Positions 26,960 to 40,862 of a stretch of 64,000 bases of DNA are shown in pieces. The DNA comes from the human T2T-CHM13v2.0 reference genome, Homo sapiens. Where the stretch lies: NCBI RefSeq assembly GCF_009914755.1, contig NC_060927.1; one strand, written 5' to 3'. The stretch's first letter is position 1, and each line of letters begins with the position of its first letter. The notes below the pieces were generated by a model. The model had not been told where the DNA came from. It ran no database searches and worked only from the letters and a program-made list of their open reading frames with translations. A program made the translations under genes and the position numbers.

Positions 26960-27070
26960 TGAGATGTTATTACTCATACTTTACAGATAAGCAAACTGAG
27001 GCTTGGAGAGATTAAATAATTTGCCCATATTCCCAACCCAGACCCAAGGTCAAACCACACACTTGTATGA
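26960..27070 (-). mobile_element. MIR fragment
   Basis: tttacagataagcaaactgaggcttggagagattaaataatttgccca MIR core. Confidence 0.65.
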
Positions 27071-30000
27071 TTCTAGATCCTTTGTATAATCATCTTATGC
27101 CTAGTTAATAGCAAAAATGAACACTAACCAGTTTCATTTTTCTGTATGCTCATTTTTGGAAAAGATTCCGTGCAGAGCATTTTATCCCTGCTTATGCATG
27201 ACAATCAACACGTGTAACTGAGCAAATATAAGGCAGTTACTCCTACAATGACAAAAACAGGAAGAAAACAGCTAATTGCTGCCCTTGAAGCGCTTACCAT
27301 CAAACACATACGTCAGTCAAAGGGCAAAGGTACACAGTAACCACAAAGCAGTTCTGAGGACTGACTATACTTCTCGGCTTCTCTTTTCAGTTTAAGAACT
27401 TTTCCCTAAACACTGTGGCTTTCTGAAAGATGCAATGAAAATTACAAACACAAATGTCCTTCATGCCTGCTCCCTTTCAGTTTTGGGAGGAAGATCACCA
27501 AGTTAACTGAGTTCCAGTTTCATTGTCAGAAATCAAAACTCATTCAGCAAGTGCAAGCCCATCTTTTTGGGTGTTCACAGCTACGAAGAATAGACAAATC
27601 CCACAGTAAAATGTCATCAAAATGCCGAAAGGATGTGAGCCTTGTAGCTATTACCAAGATCGCACCACTAGGACTCTTTCTACCAAAAAAAAAAAAAAAA
27701 AAAAAAAAAAAGCAACAGCGAAAAATAAAATCCCTCCAAGTTAGCACAATCCACAAAGGAAGAGATGAAGGTAGAATTTTCTGGAGGCTTTTGAACATTA
27801 GCAAGTGGGAATAAATACTGAGCCAGAAGAGAGCAGAGAGGGGGCTTACCAGGCTTGACAAATGACACCGTGATTCACACCCACTGCTGGGCTGTCTCTA
27901 ATAAGCCACAGAGGAAGCAGCCAATCTCAGCTAATTACCAGATAAAAATGTATTGTAAGGACTCTAATTAGGAGACGCGGATGGAGGTGATCTAATGATT
28001 AAATGCTGCATTCGACTGACCCCACCATCAATGTGCAGTGGTGCAAGATGTCACTGGAATATTTTGTAGAAACAGTAATTTTATTTCGAGGAGGGGAGGC
28101 AGTAATATTTGTAATGATGGCTATGAGGTAAACTAATTAAAAGACAGTTCCTAGAGGAAGAGGGTGGCTGAGAGCAGCTGTGGCCATTCCAAAACCAAGT
28201 GCCAAGTCTCAATAGAGGAGCTGCAGTCAAGTGGAAAATTTCTGCCTGACCTCTGCCCTTGCTATTAATTTGCAGGAAAACTAATGACACATATACATAT
28301 TCCCACAAAATTGTTCTAATTGCTAATTTGCCAAAGGAGCCCAGATTCCAAATTAAACATGACTAGCCCGTGAGGGAAGGAAGAAGAAAAAGCTGTACAC
28401 TCCAAACACAGGGTGCTTTGCCACACAAAATCATTTGAAGGCTGAACCAACAAGTTAATGAAATGTCAACCTTGTCAACTGGTACAGAAGTTTCTTAACT
28501 TTTAAACTTCTGTTTGATGATCACATGCTTGTCTGGAGGAGAAACCATCTTCGAAAGGGAAGGTTGAGAGAGAAAGAATGGAGAAGAAAGACTCAAAGCA
28601 GGCTCTGTGTTCAAACCAAACCTGCTCTCTTAATTAAGGCCTCTTTGAAAAAAGAGTGCCCCCCCAAAAAAAATTAATTACAGACTTAGAACAGAAGAGC
28701 AAATGGGGAATGGTGTGTGTTTTTGCTGTAATCTTGAAATATTCATCTTAATTGTAAACTATTAAATCTTAATGTAATCATCAATTAGAAATGAAAGCAT
28801 ATGTGCTTTGTGTTTCTGATTGCAGTTCAGGTTTTAAAAGATAATTTTTTCTGGGGCATGGGGCAGGAAGGGAATGGACTGGGAGGGTTTCTTTTCCTGA
28901 TGGAAAGCCTATTTTTCTTATTGTGTTCCTTTTCTATTTAAAAGAAGTTGCTATGTTTAGAAAAGTCAGTAACTCTGATATTTTCTACATGGCAAGTTTC
29001 CATCATGTGATGATTTCAGCAAAGATAATCTCTTTGAAACTCTGGCCAAAAGTTAAATTCTTATGTCATTTAAAATTGCTGTAGGGTTTTATTTTTTAAA
29101 TTTATTTGTACTCTCAGGCATCAGCTTTTCTTTTAGCCATCGAAACTATTCAAACTTGGTTGGCTACCCACTATTCTGCTTAGTCCCTTTTTTTTTTTAA
29201 TTAATTAATCTTTCTTTAGTTTTTAACAGTAATCTCCCCTCCTGTTTAAAGATGATGAGTCACTCACATTAAAAAAATAAACTGCTGATGTAAACCCCTG
29301 ACAGAAACAGACTTGTAAGTATTCCCATAAGAACTCATTTTTATTTTTGTTTGTGCTCTTGCCTCACATGAAAACAGATTCTGAGAACAAAAGACAAACC
29401 TGAAACCCAAACACCAAGGGACACAACTGCGTAGTAGGGACTTTCGGGCTCACAGAACTTGTTTTTCTGCTCTTGTTTTACTGGCCTGAGCCAGCTCAAG
29501 TCCTGCTTTAACTGCATGGCAGTGTCATTTCTGGGCATGAATCACTGAGTTCAGAGACGGCCTTTCTGAGGCTGGAGGGACGTTACCAGGCCGTGCGGAG
29601 GGCAGGACAATGGGTGGCAGCCTTTGTTACAAGCCTTTCCTTTCCTTTCCTTTACCATCTCAGCCTGGCCCTGTTTTAGAGAAGCGAACTCGTGGAAGGT
29701 TATGACTTACTTAGAAGGTGGTGGTACTGGCAGGGATACTAAAAGCAAAAACAAAAAAATTCTAGTTGAAAGGTTGGTGGGGGTGGGGCACTTAATGAAA
29801 AACAGTATATAAAACAGCTTTTGTGTATTGTGCCTAAGAATCCCTTTTTATGACTGCTTAATATTATTTCTCCAACTCTAAAGCAAGGACCCAGGCAGCC
29901 CAAATGATCCTTGAAGAGTTAAAAGACCCTTTCTTTTCGGGGGGGCACTTTGTTTTTATAGGAGCTAAAAACTCTTTCAAAACAGTCCTAATGGCTATGG

Positions 30001-33000
30001 TTAGAGGAAAAGAAAATGTATAAAAATGAAAATCTAATACTATATTTCATTACAAATATCCAAGTTCCTGTAAGTGCTTTATAAGATTTTCGTCAAGAAG
30101 AATATACCACCTACACTGTAATTACGTGCCCACCAAATCTAAAAGAATGTGGTTTCTCCAGGAGCAGAAGTTGTTCTCTGATGTGCAGGAATACCCTAAA
30201 GCAAAGCGTTCTTCTCATGTACTCAGTATTATAAAATACGATTTACAGTGTTTTCCTGACATAATGACAGAGTGTGAAAAGTCTTTTTAAGAAATCCGTA
30301 GTAATTTAATAAAGTCATCATATCACAGACATGTTTCTTTTTGTTTTTGTTTTGTCCTCTTAGTTTTTCACTCCCTCCCCCAAATGAAGTATCTTGGCAA
30401 ATTCTCCACAGAGTAAGCACGGAGAAATTAACCTCCAAGCAAGACATTTGGGTGTTTACTTTGAGAATGTTTACTGAGTCTGGAACAAAAGAATATCAAT
30501 CATTTTCATTAGGGCAGTTTACTATTGTTTGTTTTTGCTTTTCTTTCCATAGAAAAGAATAGAATCTTTTAAAATAACAAGAAATGTGGCCATTCTAAAT
30601 GTAAGAACTGCTTTTCGGCTCTATGTACCTGAGAGCTAGAGCTTAGGGCTGCTCTGGTCAACTTACACATACTACATACGTCCACGCAGGGTCCAGTCTT
30701 TATAAAATTAAAAGTTTGAAAAGCTTGTCTTAACTGATGTTGGCTATTCCTTTTCTTCCTCTACACTGATACTCACCAATCAGAGGGACCGATCTGGGCA
30801 CCCACTCTTAACCTAAGGAAAGGTTCACAAGGCTGACCTCTTACCATTTCTTCCTGCTCATCTTGTAGGTTTCAGCTTAGACATCATTTCTCCCAGCAAT
30901 CTCCCCTGACTTTACCATTCTGGGTCAGCTGTTCTACTTACAGGTAGTGCAATTCACGGAAAGTGAGACTGTGTGAGTATGTATGTAGTTTATCTGTTAT
31001 TTCTTTTACCAGACTCTGAACACCTCCATGGCAGGGATGGGCCTTGCTCATGTGACTGACTACTTGTCACGTATGTCACATGCTCAAGAAATATTTGTTG
31101 ATGGAATAGTTTGATTTTAAATGCAGAAATTCCCTTTCCATAACCAACCTGCACCTTGAGTCTTTGGTTTTGTTCTGAAAGGAAGATTTTACTTAGGTTT
31201 AAAGAGATGTGATAGCAAGCAGGAAGAAAGGCCGTCGAAGGAGTCTGAGGGATGGGAAGCCCGTGAGCTCCTGCCCCAGTTCACCCATAAGCTTTCTTCC
31301 TCAGATCCATGTCCAAAAACTTGGGCACCTTCCCGAGATGAGCGTATCCTCTAACTATCCAAATCTGATGAGTCCCACAATAAGATCCAGAAAATGCGTC
31401 TATGAGCTGATGTAAAAACAATCTAAGAACGTTTTAGCAGTTTCTTTGATGCAATGAAATGAGGACTGGTTGGATGATTGGATACAGCAAATGACACTTA
31501 ACACCCAAATGGCATTTAGTGAAAAGCAACATTTACAGCAAAGCATTCTATCACTTAGTGACTAAGAATTTTAAAATAAACACGAGGTTTCTTCTACACA
31601 GAAATGGAAAAAAGAAAAAGCTTCATGAACTTACTGGCAAGGTTGTAACATGAAAGTCCCCATCTATGGTTAGATTTGAATCCTGGTGACTGCCTGTTTC
31701 AAATTAAAGATTCTAGAAGGATACTCATTCAAACAAACGCCATGCATTCTATTATTTAGGGCGGAATAAATTAATTACAGACTGCAGGGAATATTTTGCA
31801 CATGAGAATCAGTCACCAGATAGCTCTGGGCCCTTAAAGTTGAAAGCATCAAGGGTTTGCTGTATGTGTGTGCCCTTTTTTTTTTCTTTTTGGCAAAGAA
31901 GTGAAAATTTATGCAAAACATTACACGTCTACCTTTTATAATTAATTTCCCAATGCCTCACCTATACATATTTTAATAATTCCTGATTTATAAGATGGTA
32001 TCTTTAATAAAATTTTCTATTTTCCAATAAATGAAAAGAAGGCAGGTTCACTCCGACAACAGAGTGTCACACAATATCTGCTTGTCAGGTACCAATTTTT
32101 ACTTCTTACATGTAAGTTAAAGGATAAGGAATTTATAATGCTGCCTGTGAAGGGAACCACTTTTCATACACAAATGTGATCTTTTTTTTTTTCAAAGGGT
32201 AATACAACAGTACATTTACATAAACTAATCCAAACAATCTATGTATTTGACAATGGCAAACCTCACACAGACGGCCTATTGTTGGTTTACATCTTGGAGT
32301 TCTTTATATTGGCTTGTAGCGCTGCTCTAGCTGTCAAAGGTTTGACTTGGACTCTAAATAAATGGTTATAGAAGTGCTGTGCAGCGATATTGGACTTCTT
32401 TGCAAAAGAAAACCTGCTGTGTATGAATTCAAAAGCTATTAATTTTTCAGTCAAAAATATTCGTGCCGATTTCTTCTAATAAAGAAATACTGTGCTGAGC
32501 TACTAAGAGATAATGTTGACTAGTGGTAGAGAATTTTCAATAGAGCAGTTAAAAATAAATTTAGTAGGAGGTCCCCTTCAAAGTTACAATTTTCTAGAAA
32601 GTAAAACATTTTTTTTTAATACTAATCAAGACAAACCTTCCATCCCTGTTCACTTCCCCCCATGCTTTTCCCTGTTTACCAGCTGCTTAACACTGGTCCA
32701 CGTGAAGAATCCCAATGGTCCTTTTGTGGCCCACAGGGGCTTACACACATGGTGCTCTCTGCCAACACCCAGCCCGGTCACTCGCCAAGCGCCCTACGGG
32801 GTTTTGTAGTTCCTTATCTTTAATTGTATCCTTCCTCTTCCCAAGAAGCCCCAAGATCCAGGCCTACAGTGCTGGGTCCAACCATTATCCTATCACTGTT
32901 TTTAATCCGTGGAGGAAGACAGAGATAATCTCATTCTCTCGCTTGCTGCTAGGTGCAAAGATTTGAACCCTTCAATCTGGGAAAACCATTTCACTAAAGC

Positions 33001-34486
33001 CATCTGAAGACTTTCAAAAAGTTCCAAGGCAGTGAATGCCCTGTGCAATTGGCTATGCTTCTTCGAGATGACTTCAGCCAAGTTGTCTCAGAGGCTCACC
33101 ATTTTGCTTAGCTGGGTTCTAGAAGGAGGGGTTGCTAGAAATAGCACAGCTGACTACTGATGCCACAACAGTGAATGACCTGGTTCTTTTTTTTCCTTTC
33201 TTTTTGGTAGCCTACACATCTAGTCCTATAGCCATTTACTGTAAAATAATACACGGAAACTAAGGACTCCTTCCTGGTAAAAATGGATGCACGAAGTGTT
33301 TAATAATTTTATGTCCTTTATCTCAGTAATGTGTTCTGTTTCAGACATTAATTTTGCCTGCCAACTGCATCTTGGCAGGCTACCATATTTGCTGGGTTAA
33401 TAGTCTGACTCCGTTTTATTTCTATCACCATAAATCATACATATATGGGTGTATGTTTGCTTTATTTATAGAAAAAAATCAGTCAAAACAGATAAACCAA
33501 TACTTTGCCATTACGCTGCATCATTGCATATTGATTAAAATCGCTGGTACTAACTATAGATTGTCAACGCTCAATTAATTTTCACACAGTGACTCCAAGC
33601 AAAATCAAATAAAGGCAGTGTACCTTTAAATTTTACAAATCTTAAAATCAAGAAGCAAAGCACTGTCTCCATTTTGAATAATCAGTTAAAGCTACTAGGA
33701 GAATTTTAGAAACGTAAGAGGAATATGACCGTTAAAGAGATCGATTTATTACAAGGAAGGAGGTCCAAGACAAACTTTTAGGTTCAGACACGATCCTTCT
33801 GCTTCGGTATTAACAGCCTGTGCTGGGATGACACCCTTCAAGGTCCAGTAAAAGGGAATAAGGCAAGAAAGAGGAGATTCTTACAAATTAAATGTAATTT
33901 CAGTATACTGTGTTTGGTCTCCTAACTGTGAAGGAATAATTTTCATTTCAAACTCCTTAGTAACCATTAGAGCCTCTCCATAATTTAGCCTCTGACTATT
34001 CCAACACTAGGTTTCCTATGTCTTTCCTCTGTTAAGAGTTAGACTGGACTACTACTCCCTGCTCTTTTTCCTACACACCACTGTCTCTCAGCTTACCCGA
34101 GCTGAAATGCCTCTTTGCTTTGCTGTCATGGTTTAGCTGTCTTCTCTGCGTTCCTACCATTCAGAAAGATTTTCTTTTTCCAGGGAGCTCTCATAATGTA
34201 TTTCAGTACCTTGCTTGGGCACCAATCATTCTGCCTTTAAAGAAGAGCTGGGTGCTTGAGTCTTATGGGCAAGGACCATATCTGAATCATCCTGTATCTC
34301 CCCAAATGCCTAGCATATGACCTTCATCATAAAGGATAACCAGAAACAGTCGCATGAATCTAAGGCCCTCAAAACTCAAAGCTCCACCAAAGTAGGCTGG
34401 TCCTCCTTCCTCCATTTGGGGTGGGGAAGTAGAAAAGGAATACTGTGAGTTTTGTTTTTTTCCCCTTGGTGGGGATCAATACTTAC

Positions 34487-34570
34487 GGGCTGAGGGGCGG
34501 CTTTGGGTTCTGTAGACTTCACATGCAGGTGGGTCATCATGGCTTGCAGGCGTTCTTTGTCTTTTGCAAG
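34487..34570 (-). CDS. FOXP1: FOXP1 leucine-zipper exon ([28 protein letters not shown]), 84 nt
   Basis: Acceptor ttgccag, donor CCC|gtaagt. Confidence 0.97.
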
Positions 34571-37319
34571 CTGGCAAGAAGAAAATGCTTTGTTATTTCT
34601 CTGAATAAAGATGCATGGCTCTTAACACCAAAAATGATACATATTACAAATTACGCTATGGCACCACAGCACATGATAAAATCATTTTCATTGCTTGTTT
34701 TTGAAATCTACATGACCATTGCCAAACTCGAAGTAACCGGAGGTGTTGGTGTGAGATTTCTCAACACAAGATGCATTAGACTTTAACTGGGAAGTTCTAG
34801 ACCTGCTGGCACCACGCAGTCCCATGGAACACAGACAGCTAAAAGACAAATGTGAATCATGCCTATTAACCAACCTTATTCATGAGAAAAGCCAAGGGAA
34901 AGTGAGCTAGGTAGCTAAAACCCATAAATTCATCTGTTGTGGTTGTGGAAAAACTCCTAGACAGATGGATACATTTATGCAAAATTAGCTTCATCTTTCT
35001 TAACAGGTAGGCATAGATTAAGACAGTGCTGGCAAATGATATTAGCAGGCCAGGAGCAGGCTCCAAGGGATGACAGGTTCCCATTTTCAAACGAGTGTAG
35101 AACAAGCTTGCTCATTCAATTTACTCAAGATTTGAGTACCTGCTATGTGCTAGTCTCATCTTAATAATTTAAGTCTCCTTATTCTATAAAAAAAGATCTT
35201 CTGAAGTCACACAAGTTTCTAATTGGATATACATAGTAGGCACTCAAATACTACTGATTGGAAGCTACATCCTTTATGCTTCGCTTGGACTGCTTTAACT
35301 CGATATTTTCAATAGTTCAAGACAGTTGGGCATAGGGGACACATAACGATTACTTCTGTAAAAGAAGTGGGAAATATATCCCCTAAAGATAAAGGGATAG
35401 TCAAGAGAACAGCTGTGGCATTTAGGGAAGATGGAGAAGAGATTAATATGAGAGAGAGAGAGGAGAGAGGGAGAGAATACAGTTTAATTTCAATACTTTG
35501 GTACATCATTTGTCCAAAATAATGCCTTAGATTTAAGGAGGGACTCATTAGTTCTGTCACATAATTAACCTTAAATCCTTTAAAAATAAAGTTTTTTAAA
35601 GTCAAATTATTCCCAAATAAAAAAACAAATATAGTTTATCTATTTAAATACAGTTATTTTCTAAGGAAGAAGGGGGACAGGGGTCGGGGATTGTGGAAAG
35701 ATGGAGAAAAGGGAAACCGTACAAAAGGGAGAAGGGAAAAAGCTTTCAGCTTATCCCTACTGGATGACTCAGTCTCCAGCCATATCACATTTGATTTTTT
35801 TTTTCTTTTTATTCCCTTGTGGTTCAGGGAGGAATAAATTAAGAAAGAAAGAAAAAAACAGCCGTACAGTGTTAGCATTTATCTTTCAACAAACAGGAAA
35901 TGAAAATGATACCATATTAGGAGCCACTTGATGGTATTCCTCCTCTGTTCTTTAGTAAGTTATTGAACAGCCAAACTAAAAGATTCTCTGAACACATAAT
36001 GCTAAAGGAATTTAGTTTTCCAAAGAGGCTTAGAACAATTAAAATGTTGGGAATGCTATTTTTCTGCCATTATTATTATTTTTTTTAAAATGTAAGTATC
36101 CTAAGCTTTTTGATGTCAAATACTCAGACTTTTTAAGAAATGTTTTGTTTTAAAGTTATCAAAGGCCAGAAGGAATTAAGAAATCAGTTGTATTTTTCTT
36201 AAAAACAAGCAGTAGTCTGTCATGCTGAACAATACAAATTAAAGGGTGAGAGGTGATATTTACTGAAGTCTGCTGAATATTAATTGTGACTTAATTTGGG
36301 GGTAAACGTTGTTGATGTAGCAATTATACCTTGTACCACTAAGTGTGGTATAAGGAAAATCCAAATCCTGGGCATTTAAAGGAAACATCTTCTCCATATT
36401 TCCATCCAAATGTCTACCAAACTGATCTTTTACTGGTCAGCCAAAGGTAGCAACACTACATTGCAAACACATACCTAGAATTTGTATACACAGCCACTTT
36501 CATAAACCCTGGAAGTAACTGCCATCGGAAACATTTTCATATTTTTCCATGAGCACATTGCTTAGAATTCATCGTCAATTCTGAGAGTTATCCAGGAACC
36601 TCAATTGTACCACCCTAGTTCTGCTTTTCTAAAAGATGGACAAGGTTACACAAAAAGGCAAAAATCTAACTTTTTGGTTTTGTTTGGTTAGTGAAAACTA
36701 ATGTGTAGTATCATACTCTTGAATGAGTTTTAGACTTTAAATCAATTACAGCTCTAACACAAACTGTTTTAACAATTACAGAAAGAAACCCGCCAAATTC
36801 AGTTTTTCTTTTTTTTAGGCAAAAAGGCTAAACATTCACACCTATTGAAACCACATCCTGTCTACAATGTCTGTCTTGCATTTATAATACTAACTGCTCC
36901 TTCCAAAAGCTTTCACATTCTTTATTACTTTTTATGCCATCATCCCATGAGCTCACCATCCCCATCAATTTTCACGGCATCCTTTCATTATTAAAATATG
37001 AGGATACAAACATTTAATATTAGCAAGCATATTCCAGCATTTCCTCTTAAACTATGAATTCCATGAAAAGCAAAGAAAAGGAGGTTGAGACATTCAATCC
37101 GAAGGCCCACTAAAATTTGGTTGGCAAATTAAAGAGAAAATTTGTGTTGAAATATCAGAGAAGAGAATTACTCTCTAAAAGACTTTCCCAGTGGGTATGG
37201 AATGAGTATCTAGCATAAAGGAAATGACAACGGCCTAAACATTAGAGGGAGCTGCTTGTGCAGGGGTCATTTTAATCTACTGAATTTGTTCAACCATTCT
37301 GTAGAACGATGGCAGGGTG

Positions 37320-37540
37320 AAAACGGTTAAGGATGTGGACACAACAATCACACTGTGCTGTGTTCAAATCCTGGCTCAGTGACTCAGCACATTATGTAAC
37401 CTTTTTAATTACCAAGTTTCTCCTTCTAAATACGGAATGATCATCTCTGAACTCTGAAGGGGTGTTCTGAAGATCAGATGAGGTCTTGCACATAACAAGC
37501 TTAGCAAAATGACTAGTGCTTTATGAATGCTCAACAACTT
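37320..37540 (+). mobile_element. MIR fragment
   Basis: gttcaaatcctggctc...tgtaacct...gcacataacaagcttagca. Confidence 0.5.
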
Positions 37541-38825
37541 TCTAATTTTTTTTTTTTTTTTTTAAGAAAAGTGAAATCGGTCCAGTGTATTTAAACTACT
37601 GGCTGAGTATATGTTTGAAATCTGGATCTGCCTAACAGGGGTTCAATGGAGTTTGCAGTTGGGCTAACTGGGAAGGGAAATAATTTTGATCGTTTAAAGA
37701 ATGGAACAGAAAGCAAAGGAAAGATGAAGCCCACTTCCTATCAATTTGTCTCAGGTTCTTACTGTATCTTCCCCTCATCTTGGGCAAATATTTTTCTACC
37801 CTTTGGCCGAAATAGGTCATCTCCTCTTCTATTAGCCATGGCCTCAAATTAGGTTTAAGACAGTCTGGGCTGTGAAAGATCAGAATTTGTGTATTGCACC
37901 CGAGCCACTGATAACTGCCAAAGGCTAGGAGTTCCATTCAACATCCTCAAAGATACAAACTAAGATTAATCTTAAACTCATTATTTTAACAGAGAAAAGG
38001 GAACACGGTTTGGGGTTCATTTAACATCACCATTTTCTATGTTGTCAGGAGGACTAATCATTTTAAGGCCAATTTGGCAGTTCTCACTCGTGAGAAACAA
38101 AACTCTGCTGAAATAAATGAAGGGCTTTGTATGTGTAAAAATGCTAGACTTCTTGAGGACAGATGAGAAGAAAGGGCCAAGACACTCCTTTGATTTAACA
38201 GAGGTAAAGGCTACTGTGGCTATTTCAAATCCATTAATCCTATTCTGTTTTATAATTGGGGAAACTGAGGTTTGCAAGGTAAACATATCTGAGGTCAGGG
38301 AACTGGGAAGGGGCAGAAATAAGACTAGGGTCCCAGTTGTATGATGCTTGGTCTGAGTTTCCCACACTAGTGTGATTCTAAGAATCACCTGGGACAATAA
38401 CTCAAATCATAGGTCTTAGTCTCCCTCCCTGCTCTCATGCTGAACTACTGTTCCTAGAGTTAGACGGGATTTTAAATTATGAAAAGAAGGTGTCTTTTCA
38501 AAGAATCTCCATGGAAGGGGGGCACATGGAGTTTTAAGAGGCACCTAAATGAATGCATGAGTTCAGATTATCCCATACAATGATGATCTCCAAGTGAAAC
38601 GACTGCGGTCTCACCTAAACATGCTGGAGCCAACACTCCAACAGTGAGGCTTGGAAGTAGGTATTTTTAAATAAGGACCCCAAGTGTCCAAGTTTAATCA
38701 AGTTAAGTGAGAGACACTACTTTCTGCCACGGACTGAGAAGGCCTTAAACAGTGGCTGTATACGTTTCCTCAGTAGTTTCGTATACAATGATGATCCAAA
38801 GAGATTAACCCGATGTGGCCCAAGC

Positions 38826-38878
38826 ATATCCAGTTACTTAGGCAGGGTATATCCAGTTACTTAGGCAGGGTATATCCA
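38826..38878. repeat. 23-bp tandem repeat, 2.3 copies
   Basis: atatccagttacttaggcagggt x2 plus atatcca. Confidence 0.95.
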
Positions 38879-40213
38879 ATAACACAGGTCTCTGACGTAC
38901 ATATGATGAAAAGAAGAAAAACAAGGGGGAGAAAAAGCAGTGACTAGAAGGAGCAGAACTCAAATTACTCTACCAAACTGAGCATTTATCAATTATTTTT
39001 GACCCACCTTGTCAAACTATGGCTTCAGAACTTAGTACCAGTGAAAAACTTTTAAATGAGTTCTTTCACACCAACTACCGCATTCAGGTGGTGGGCAATA
39101 TATGGCTCATTGCACCCCAATCGAAGAATTTCCCTACTTTTATTGTACTCTGTCACCATCTTAACGTTCCTTACATGTTATTATTAAAGACTCTCTTGAC
39201 ATTTAAAGCAGACGCACACTAATACTAAGTCATAGTCTAGGAATTCTAATGCTCCCAGAGTAAGGCAGGATTTTAAATTATGAAAAATAAGTGTCGTGGT
39301 TTTCACAGAAGGACATGGAAGTGAGAAACCCAGAGACTCTCTCTCTTCTTTTTCTTGGCTCCAGTTACAAAGCACTGGCAATATGGAACTACCGTGCTGT
39401 TAGGACCTCTCTTTCCCCGACGTGCTCAGGGCTTGTGCAGGGCATATCAGGAGGCTCTGTGAGGCCGCTAGTATAGGAACTGTCCTGAGTATTGCCTCAA
39501 ACAGGGTTAGACAGGGCCAAAGGGGGATACATTACAGATAATAAATTTGCTAAAGTCTAGGAGGCTGGTGTGATTACAAATAGCACCACTAATGGTACAG
39601 TAATCACATGTAAAGTTCGTACGGTAATTGATTTGTGTTAGGATTAATGTCTCCCTCTGCTACTGAAACTTGTGCACTTTTCTCCCTGCTGACATTTTCT
39701 TAGAGCTTACAATTCCTGGTGTAGATGATTTGGGAGATGTTGGAGTGATCCCAGTGTCACCGGACTCCAGCCTTGCCTTGCTACCATGGAATGCCCAGGA
39801 CAGAGCTCCGCAAGGCAGAGTGGCATGGCCCCCAAAGCCGGGTTTTAAAACCAGTTCCTGCGTAGAGCCCAGCTGGGCCACAATGATCCTCTGGGTGGAA
39901 GCGTTAAGGCAGGATCCCACAATAAAAGGAGCACAGGCTACAAAGGCTGGGTTAACCTCCTGGGCTCTGCCCTTATTCGCCATTGGCATTAAACAAGTTA
40001 ATCAGACCTCCTAAACTTCAGTTTCCTCATCTGGGAGGGATCCCTGCAAATTATTTCTTTGACTCTAAGAGGCCAGTGATAGTTAAAATAACCATGGATT
40101 TAGTAATACCTTCTCAAAGAATGAGAAGAAACATTACATTAAACACACTCATTAAATGTAAGACATATATTGATTTCCAAATGTTATATTTTTCTTTTAA
40201 AAAGTGACTCCTA

Positions 40214-40533
<320 letters not shown>

Positions 40534-40744
40534 AGTGACTCTTAGAATCAAGGAAATAGGGTGGTGTGTACTCACAGAGGGACTGTGGGGATTCCAAGAA
40601 ATTCGGGACATAAGGCACCTAGGACAGTGCCCTGGCATACAGCAGGAGCTCAACAGCTGGCCAGTCAAATGGTTTCCAAGCCAGATGAAATAATTACAAG
40701 CAGAAGATGGGGCATTCAATAGCTCTCTCCCACAGCTAGTGGAG

Positions 40745-40862
40745 TAGGGTGACCCAACTCCTCCCAGCTTGCCCAGGACTCTTCCAGTTTTGAAACTGAA
40801 AATCCCAACTCCCAGGAATCCCTTCAGTCCAAGAAAGTAAACTGGGACAGTTGGTCACCCTA
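40745..40862. mobile_element. MER94-like MITE (hAT-Blackjack) with terminal inverted repeats
   Basis: TIRs tagggtgacc (40745-40754) and ggtcacccta (40853-40862). Confidence 0.75.

Noticed and set aside
38826-38878. 23-bp direct repeats as a CRISPR-like array
   Set aside because: No spacers and a eukaryotic intron; simple tandem duplication.
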